A stretch of 62,897 nucleotides of DNA, counting the filler. It is 3 parts of 3 records of this genome, joined end to end, with 100 filler letters (N's around TTAATTAATTAA, not from the genome) between each part and the next. Parts side by side here need not be neighbours in the genome. Positions count along the whole stretch, not along the records: positions 38,162 to 62,897 come from SRR20825019_1861; 2 more parts are not named here. One strand, given 5' to 3'. The position numbers were made by a program, and so were the translations under genes. Positions 54,079 to 62,897 of this stretch are shown here, in pieces (position 1 is the stretch's first letter; each line of letters begins with the position of its first letter). A model generated the notes under the pieces. The model saw nothing but the letters and a program-made list of their open reading frames with translations, was not told where the DNA came from and searched no databases.

Positions 54079-56659
54079 CTACATGACTCCATTTCCAATG
54101 GTTCTGCGTAGAAACTGCAACAATATGTTAGTTGTGCGAATACGCGGTTCAATAACCTTACATTGATATAGAGAGCGGTCATGAAGGCCTGTTGTTTAGA
54201 ATCCGCGGCCCCGCCATGTCCTCCTTCAATGTTTTCGTAGTAGATCACTTCACCGGACTTATCTGTGGAATTTTCCTGCAACCGCTTTACAAATGAGCGA
54301 GCATGATATGGATGGACGCGATCATCTCTGGTGCTGGTAGTCATGAGCAAAGATGGATACGCCTTGCCTTCTCCACGAGCGACTGCAGGGTCGATATTAT
54401 GATACGCCGAATACTGTTCCATGAATTCCCAATCTTCGGTGTCGGGGTTGCCGTACTACAAATTATTGTCATTGATATGGTTGTAACCCTGTCTCGTTAC
54501 CCTACCTCTGCCATCCACGAAGCACCAGCTAATAGATGGGAAAATCGTTTCATGTCCAGCAAGGGAACCTGAAATCCGGCCTTGGTACACAAGGAGGAAG
54601 GACAACTTAAACCAACTTACCTGACAAACAACAGCCTTAAAGAGTTCGGGCCTTTGAACATACATATTCCCCATAAGCAAGCCTCCGTTAGACCCTCCGC
54701 GAATACCCAACCTATCAGAAGATGTGATATTTCGAGCGATGAGATCCTCAGCAACAGCAATGAAGTCATCATAAGCCTTCTGTCGGTTGGCCTTTAGAGC
54801 AGCTTGGTGCCATGACGGACCGAACTCCCCGCCACCCCGAATATTTGCATTCACATACACTCCACCAGCTTCCATCCACGCAGCGCCGGTGACACTAAGG
54901 TAGCTGGGGGTGAGGCTGACCTCAAAGCCACCGTAGCCATACAACAGAGTTGGGTTGTTGCCATCATGCTTCATGGAATCCCTGTGAACGATGAAGTAGG
55001 GAATATCTAGTCCGGGGGCGTCAAACGCTCATACCAAACTCAAATCACAACATTTAACTTACCAGTTCCATCGGCAGACTTGGCAGAGAATTGCTGGCAG
55101 ACCAATCCATCAGCGTTGAACTGTGGAGTAAGTTCTTTCATCTTCGTCATAGATTCCATCATGGAGGGACCTCTACTCGCATCAGCATAGGAAAGAGTTG
55201 TGGGCTGGGTGAAACTATGGACGTATACAAGAAGATCATCACTGCTCCTGCTGTCCACAGCACCAATGCTAATCCCACGAATGGTCGCAGCTGCCTCTTC
55301 GCCAATATTTTTCCATCCGGACTCATTGTCGTACTGCCAGAATTCGAGTCTAGATTTGATTGACTCCAATTTTTCAAGGACAAGGTAAGATTTGGTCCTA
55401 GTCCAGCCTTCAAGCGATGTAGTGCTGGTCGGAACAAAGAGTGGCTCGAATGATGATGCAGACACTCCGTTTTCGATGAACTCTTCGATAAGAACGGAAA
55501 GAAGGGACCCACTTGGATACGTTTTACCCCCAATGCTCCACTCAGATCTGAGACTAATGAGCATGGTATTGGAGAACTGGGACACCTCAGAGTCGCTAGG
55601 AAGTGAATTCAATTCAACCCACTCCGACGGGCTATTCTCTGAAAGTTTTCTGACACAAGTCAAATTGGTGTAGAAACTAAGGGCGCGCTGCCTCCATTCG
55701 TACTTATGCCCACCATGAAGGTCGACCCAACCGTGAACAGCAACATCTTCCTTAGTTCCCTCAAACATCAAAGGAGCTTCATTCAACGGAGTTCCCCTCT
55801 GCCATTCATGTATGGTCCGCGCATAGCCACTATCAGTCATTTCGGAGCCGTCATTCCCGAAGTTTGTTCCAATCAAGAGGACATCAGGTGACTTCCATGA
55901 GACACTTGACTTGCACTCAGGAACAAAGAACGCATTATCCTCCACGAATTCTTTCTTATCAAGATCAAACTCACGGACAACCGTTGCATCAGCGCCACCG
56001 CGCGATAACTTTACCAAACACCGGCTTGGCAGAGTGTCCGGATCGTCATAAACATTGCACACAGTAAATCCCTTGGCCTGGACGAAAGAGGTCATCACCG
56101 GCGCGTTTCAACCTCCAAAACTATACACTCACCACCCAGCTTTCATTTTCAGCTTTGCACAGAGCGTCGATATCGAGAACCGTTTCCCACTTATTAGGGT
56201 AATCCTCTAGTGTTGTACGTCGCCATAAACCACGGGGATTTTCGGCATCTTGCCACAAATTGTAGAACATTGTGCCAATCCTGACCAAAGTTAGAATAAC
56301 ACTAGAAAGATAGAACAGAACCCTACCTGCGCACACTTGGAATCTTATCCTTGCTGTCAAGAATGGACAAGATCCTATTGTACAAGGGGGTACCATTAGG
56401 GTCACCTAAAGTTTTCAGTGCTTCATCGTTTCCCTTCACTGGCTATCAGCCGATGACCTGCTCGAGATATTCAACCAGGGCTCGTACTCACCTTTCGAAC
56501 CCATTCAAGGGCTTCATCTGAGGCAACTTCTTCTAGCCACTTGTGTTCTCCATCTCTTTGAGTCCAATGGTTTCTTATTTCAGACATACTTGTGAACTTA
56601 CGCACTTGGGTACAAAGTTGATAACCTGTCCTTGGTGCTTGCAAGAATGAAGAAAGCAT
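54079..56659 (-). CDS. Prolyl oligopeptidase (S9A), spliced, possible mitochondrial presequence
   Basis: WLEEV..ALEWV, NPRGLWRRTT, SRGGADATVVREFD, YGYGGF, NIRGGGEFG, GGSNGG (Ser), RDDRVHP (Asp), GGHGG (His). Confidence 0.92.
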
Positions 56660-57460
56660 ATTAATTTATTATTGTAATTTGCCAACGAACAACTCAAGAC
56701 ATTGCTTGTGTGTTAAAGCCCCCGTCCCCCTGGGTCCGCAACCAAGCCGACACGCCGCCTGGGGGGCAGCGGGACGATGAGCTTACGCGGGGTCGTTGTA
56801 CTCGCCCGCCGGGGCCACTGCCGGGGCCGGGCCAGTCCCATGGGACTCATTTGACGGCCAGAGGGCGAGGCGATCGCGGCGGCTCCGCCCGGGCCGGGCC
56901 GACCCCACCCCGGCAACGGGCGACAGCTAGTGCCGGGCCTGCCGGCTGGGATGCAATCTGAGAGAGGGCGTGAGTCGCCCAGGCCGGTCCCCAAAAGGGG
57001 AGAGACAGTCTTTCATTTATGATGCTGACTACCCTCGAAAATCGTCAGATCTCGACACCTCTGAGGAGCGGCGCTGCTTCATCGGCCACACTCGGCCATT
57101 GGGCAGCACCTGCAACCGTTCCGAGTTTGCCAATCCGGCCGGCAGCCGCCCGGGCCCATTGGCAGTGTTCAGCGCCCCTACCAAGCCAGCCGGACGCTGA
57201 AAATAGCCAACTGCCACCAATGGATGGATGATGCACTGTGTGCCTGCGGAGAGACTAAGAGCCGGCGCCCTCGATGGCACTCCTGATGACACGCGGCCGG
57301 CCGCACGCTTCGATCTGTGTCAGCGCGACTTGTGACAGCTAAACTCTTCGATTGCTCATGTGGACACCCGGGACTCGGCACCTGGTCGTTGGTGGCTTTG
57401 CTGAGCGCCAAGAGTGAAATATGCCTTTGCATGACCTCTGACTAACTGCAGTCTGTCGGA

Positions 57461-57794
57461 ATGTCCGCTATTAAGGTGTGTTCTTTTCTGTCACGTGCCA
57501 CCGAACTATTTTTGACAAGCGACGATGCCAGTGCTTGTTGAGGACCCTGATCACCCTTATTTTCTTGCCCGGTATTCTCTTTGGGTGGACCACAAAGCTT
57601 GTTTGCTGGCCGATCAGGGTATGTTGTACTCACCTAGCTACGGTCTGTATCCTGAGAGTTGTTTCTAGATGCCGTGCTCCCCGTGCGCCCAAGCCAAGGT
57701 TATTATTAAGGCCGTTGACTGTGCCAATTGGTGTGCCATGGCTCCCTATCATTTGTCAAAGAAGTGTCTTAAGGAAGACTCTGATGAAGACTAA
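57461..57794 (+). CDS. Small Cys-containing hydrophobic protein (~75 aa), 2 introns
   Basis: Introns 57476-57531 and 57619-57668 splice in frame to give MSAIKCLLRTLITLIFLPGILFGWTTKLVCWPIRMPCSPCAQAKVIIKAVDCANWCAMAPYHLSKKCLKEDSDED. Confidence 0.55.
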
Positions 57795-58997
57795 AGGGTC
57801 TGGGATTGAGTGTATCTTGCTTTGTATGGTCAAAACTTTTTTTTTTTTAGATGGAGCATGAGCGTGGCTATGGTGAGGTTGCCTGTTTTTGACAGTGGCG
57901 AGTGGCGATGTTTTGGCTGCGTGCTACCACTCTACTAGTGCATCGAAAATTTTAACTTCGTCACTTATGTGGGCTTTGGGGATAGGGTACGCATAGACAT
58001 CAAAATTTCACGTAAACTTAGCACACGCCAAGGCTAGGGCTATCAAGGAAAGAACCGGATATCCACATATTTTCCCATCAACCAAGCACAACACATCATT
58101 CCAAAGTGCACACAGAAAACTGAGCCACTGTGCGCTTCCCATGGAGTAGCAGAAGGCAGACGAAAGATATTTGAAGGAGTGGCGTTGGGAAGTCCAGCGC
58201 ACACCGCAACATATCCCGGCTTGACTGTCCACGGAAAGCAGCGGTATCATGGTCTCTGTCAATTAATGTGGCATTTATCAATTATAATCCTTTGAACCAG
58301 GCCCTCCTCGAATCGCACGACATGGCGCCAATTTCAATTTTTTGATGGTTTCCATCTCACTGTTGGTTTGCTGGAGGGTATGGGCCGCAATGGACGTGCC
58401 GGTGGGGCGGTCCATCCCCCTGCCCAGGCCGGCCGACGCCCTGCCTACGGTGCGCCCGTGGCCATGCCGCGCCGGCGTCTCCGCCGCCGTCCACTGGGCG
58501 GTGCTCCCTGTGCCCACCCTGATCGGCGGCGTCCTCCCCGTTGGGCGCGGCGGCCCCGCGGCCGGTCGTGCGACCGGCGCAGACTCCTCGTCCGTCCGGG
58601 ACGACTGGCAGGGCGGGATTGCTGCGTTTCCACGAGGCTCATTTCATTGGTCAACGTCCTCGGTCAACGCTAGTCACACCGTCCGGAGAGTCCCGCATCT
58701 CGCCGAGGGAGGCCGGGGTTGGCTGCAGTCCGGTCAACCAAGACCAGAGAGACGGCAAGGCACTTGGAGAGGAGTAAGGGTTCGGGTGGTGCAGGGCAGT
58801 AAGGCGTCATGCCGAGGAGCATGGGGAGGAGCGGCCAACACTGGCCCGGATAGTTGAGGCTCCATTCCTTATCGAGACAACTGCAGCTCTTATGAGCCCA
58901 TAACGGCAAAGGGGTTTCTGCCCGATTCCCACGATACCCGATATAAATAGATATATGAAGCAGTATAGTTGTCTTTTGGAGACTTTTAGTTGCGAAA

Positions 58998-61900
58998 ATG
59001 ATTCGCATTACCTCCAAGTCCTCAGTTCCACGTGGAACTTTGCTTGGCTCCAGTGGACTACTGAATGCAGACCAGGATCGGATTGGAGTAACACCTTCAA
59101 GTCGAGTGCCTACCGTGGTGGTTAATAGACCCAAGGTATTATAGTACTTCTAATTTAGAAGGCAAAGGATTAACTTTGGACGGTTGCAGGTGTCCGCGAA
59201 TGGCTCTCACTACGTTAAGGCATCTCTAAAGAATCAAATTGAAAGAGGTATTGACTCTTCCTGTTTCAAGTACCATAGTTGTGACTCACACACGAGCAGC
59301 TTCCACCACTCGACGAAGCTCTCCAAACATAGTTGCTGTTGATTCAGGTGTCCCGGAGTCCACTTCGCAGTTTAGATTTTGTTCGGAGGATACCACGGGG
59401 CCTGTAGCTGCACCAACCGTCAGGGTGGACAAAAGAAAACTTGAAGCCCGCAAAACAGCGACTGGTAGCAATGTGATAAATAGCGGTAGTGCTTTCTCCA
59501 GGGCGGAGAAAATGGATGCGGATGACCTTCTTGCGGCAAAAGCCACTTTGCGTGCATCAGCTGCCATTCCGTCTGGTTCGAAGAACTCAATTGTGACTGT
59601 ATGTGCGCTCTCTTTCTTTCGTATATATACTGATGGCATGTTTGTATAGGGGCATAAACCGCACAGGCCCGAAGTACCAGGCTTTGTAAATCAGGTTAAT
59701 ACTCTACCGAAGCCTCCGTCTTATGTAGACACACTTGCAAAAGTACGCAAGGATGCCGCTCTTTCGTTGCCGGGTGGGCGTTTGGGAGATGCCCTTTTGT
59801 CCATGGACGGCAAGAATATTCCTTCTGGCAAGAGCGCAGCTATTAGAGAGGTTGTCGAGGCGAGCGGGGGAGTAGCGCGTATGACAACTAGCGAGCTTTT
59901 GGATGTCGATAGGCACATTCATACTGAGGGTGATGGACTTCAACCAGCATCTAAAGAGATTGTTGGTGACTACCATAACACTACCAAAACGGGAGGCGGA
60001 GGTTCAGTACGTGTATTGAGCAGTGGTGTCATGAAGACGACCACCAGATCGGGGGGTGGAATAAGGGGACTCAATTCTATAATTACTGGGCAAAGTGTAG
60101 CCGCGAAACGTGTACATCAAGCACAAAAGGAAACAGCCACCGAGAAATTGCAACGTATGATTTCGGCCCGTTCTGACACCGGTGTGCCCCCTAGCAAGAA
60201 AGCTGAGGTTTTCCGTTCCGATGACCATGCGGCAAAAGCTGCTTATGCGGTGAAAAGGAGTGTGTTGAAGGACAGGGGCGAACACAAGCAATTGGTTGTT
60301 GCGAATCGCACTGAAAATATACCTTCTGAGTCTGCCGTCGATATCAAGGACGTACCACTTATGTTTAGTGAAAACTTAACAGCACCAAAGCCCGCCAAGC
60401 GCCCAGCTAGTGCGATGCCTGGAACTCGAAAAGCAACGGAGAATCTTATATCTGAGGCTACGCACAGGCGAGAGTCTATGAGGGCATATGGTGAGCGATG
60501 CCGGGTCATTATGAAGGAACTCGATGCATCTACGAAGAAGAAGACACTTCATATTCCTCTCACCCATCGCCCGAAGTCTGCCCCACCAGGTCGAGGTCGG
60601 TCAAAAGAAGAGAATACTGAGAGAAAACCACATCGCTCCACGGAACGGAAGCCCCCAATTCCTAGACTCTCTGCCAAGTCGAGAAAAGACGCATGGAAAG
60701 AGCCGTTAAAGTCCTCTGGCCTAGATGAATCCGATGGAGCTATTGACGGCTGGGCGGTTGGGGCTGAATCGCCTAGCAAGGGCCCTTTCGCAATGGGTAA
60801 TGAGCACGAGGCCCATTCCAATCACGAAACTTTGCCTTCTAACAATATCGGAGAAGAGGGGAAACTTGATAACCACGCAGAAGGTCACATCGGGGCACCG
60901 CCACGGCAAGTTGCCCAAGCAAAGCCCAAGACAATCAAACCCAACAAAAAGATGCAGAAGAAAGCGGTACACAGGCCCTTGAATTCGATTGCCCCTTCGG
61001 AACCTGTTCCTCCCCCCAAGCCGAAGAGAAAAGATGCTGAATTGGCGCGACTTCAGGAGTATATGGAGAAGAGAAAGAGAGAAATTGAGTTGAAGGAAAA
61101 GGAACAGCGCCGGTTAGAACGAGAGGCTGAGAAGAAAAGGGTTGAGAGGTTGAAGGAGCTCCAGCGCGTAGCAAAAGAAAAACGTATTCGTAGCAAGGAT
61201 TCCACAAAATCTGCGGCTCTAACTATGATGGTCAAAGACGAGCCCAAATCTCCCGTTTTGATCTCAGCTGAAGCAGGTGATTCTTCTGCGAAGAGTACCC
61301 CTAATTTGGTGCCGCAGCCTGCCCCGAAGAGTTCTCCTTCCAGCGAAGGGTCTAAGGAGAATGCGGGTAAAGGCAAAATATTGAAACGCGAGGGTATGCT
61401 GTCTGGCCGTGTGCAGAAGGAAACTTATGAACTCAAGAAGTTCCAAGAGCAATTCAAAATTCAGAAGTCTCATCTTGATTCTGCACTGCGGCATAAGGAA
61501 GTTAAGAGGCGGGTCGAAAGCGAGATTGAGAAACTAAGTCAACAGAAGATTCGTCTCATTGAAAAGCAAGTCTCGAAAGACGGTACATCCCGGCCAAAGT
61601 TGGGCCAGTCATCATCTGCTGGAATTAGTACCTCAGCACAATCGTCTTTTAAGGTGCGCGACCACAACGCATTGAAAGTATCCCCCGATCGAAAGAAGGC
61701 CCCTGTAGTTGAAGAAGAGGATATTCGTAGTAATTTCTTGGCAATTCGCCGTGATTTGAAGAAACGCTTGAAGCAGAATGTTGTGGGCAATGCAATCACC
61801 AATCCTGGTGCATCTGGCGTAGTACAAAGGCAAGAACGTCTCAATAACTTGAAGGCAGTCGCTAGTGATTTGACTGCCCGAATTAAGGCCTTGGCGGAGT

Positions 61901-62897
61901 CCAAGAGGGAGCTGAAGGTGGATACCTCTCCAGAAGTCAACGAATCTGTCTCTTTGTCGCAATCGCACAAAGATGAAAGTGCCCAGCTGGCCGCATTAAC
62001 CTTGTCCACTATAGATGCCGCTTCAGACGCGTCAATCCTCCATCAATCCACTGAGAAAGTGACAACGTTGAATCAAGAGGTGAATAAGTTCGATGCGCTG
62101 TTGCAAAGTGAAGGACAAGACGATGACATAGGGACCTCAATTTCGCGGCCGAGCGAGACCGATTTTTTCGCTACATCTCCGTTGAAACGCATTCTAGACG
62201 AAGAAGAGGCACAGATTAGGCACCACCATACTCTCCTCATGGTTAGACTGCGCGCCGCAGAACGTCACTTTGAGAGTGAAATGGAAATTTTGTATAAGCA
62301 ACAAGAGCTTGCGGCCTCTCAAGGTGGGAAGGTTGTGGTCGACGCCTTGCAAAGGAAGGAAGCAGACATGAGGAAGGCCATGAATGATGAGCGTGAAGAG
62401 ATCAGTCGCATATTAGAAGAGAAAACACGTTTAATATCCGAAACTCGCAAGAAAGTTTTTGACCACCAAAGAAAATTGCGTAAATCCTTCAAGGAGACAG
62501 CTCAAGAAGCAGCAGAAATGCAGCCAAAAGGCATTGATGACGAGAGCGAGAAGCTTCTTCGCGATATTAGAGTCAACCATAAGCTACAGGAATTGGAACG
62601 CCACGAGAAATCGTTTGATGCCCAGTTTGAGAAAATGAAAGAAGAGGTGAGAATTGGCAAGGATGACCATGCGGGAAGGTCAGGCACACACGTGGCTGTT
62701 AGATCTGAAGGTAGTGATGGGTCCATGCTGAATCTTGAAGGTGAATATGCAGAATCTGACTTCACAGCTGCAATATCACGCGTACTGGCTTCGAGCGAAT
62801 CTGTTGCCAAACTAGAAGTGCCGAAAGGGAACGAGGGTGCGCCTGATAAGAAACGACACGCGCGGCATGGCTCAGCGACGATGGAGGAGGCTCTTGA
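58998..62897 (+). CDS. Large low-complexity / coiled-coil protein, CEP350-like; runs off the window
   Basis: Three short introns, then an exon that appears open from 59650 to the window end (absent from the ORF track). LQEYMEKRKREIELKEKEQRRLEREAEKKRVERLKELQR and RLNNLKAVASDLTARI resemble CEP350 N-terminal conserved blocks (from memory). Confidence 0.55.

Noticed and set aside
16290-58860. Many R/P/G/A-rich ORFs inside the GC islands
   Set aside because: Stop codons are scarce at extreme GC, so ORFs appear in all frames; they show no coding-like composition or introns.
12847-62897. Stop-codon reassignment or pseudogenisation as the cause of the fragmented ORFs
   Set aside because: The interruptions I traced resolve as GT-AG introns under the standard code, and TAA, TAG and TGA all end genes.
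1-62897. CRISPR arrays, tRNA/rRNA genes, transposases, viral genes
   Set aside because: None recognised by eye: no regularly spaced repeats or diagnostic motifs. A covariance-model scan was not run.

Overview
The window is three unrelated contigs joined by two artificial 100-bp spacers (N44-TTAATTAATTAA-N44, at 12747-12846 and 38062-38161). Contig 1 (1-12746) is GC-rich alphaproteobacterial housekeeping DNA. Its minus strand carries rpsF-rpsR-DUF2232-rplI-dnaB-alr-mlaE-mlaF-radA(partial), and its plus strand carries fabD-fabG-acpP-fabF-mltG-trkH(partial). It also has an S6:S18 leader and paired DnaA boxes before dnaB. Contigs 2 (12847-38061) and 3 (38162-62897) are compact nuclear DNA of what is probably one flagellated protist. 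The ORF track fragments its genes because they carry many ~43-63 nt GT-AG introns. I spliced about 20 genes by hand, including COQ8, MDP-1, an ankyrin-IFT46 fusion, CEP120, a RING-PZP-BRCT (BRCA1/BARD1-like) protein, a Tim44/MAIP1-like protein, an IP3 receptor, LMF1, METTL18, prolyl oligopeptidase, a CEP350-like protein and several orphans. The most notable signals are: (i) a strict genome grammar in which very GC-rich, AGT/ACT/TGA/TCA-punctuated islands sit upstream of genes and never between convergent genes, which abut to within 7-249 nt; (ii) an intronless secreted ~1017-aa precursor with two homologous hydrophobic-headed units separated by a K/R-free Asp/Val-rich spacer, a candidate extrusome or toxin polyprotein; (iii) the ankyrin-IFT46 fusion placed head-to-head with CEP120. 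Eukaryotic coordinates are start-to-stop spans including introns, inferred manually. No database searches were run.
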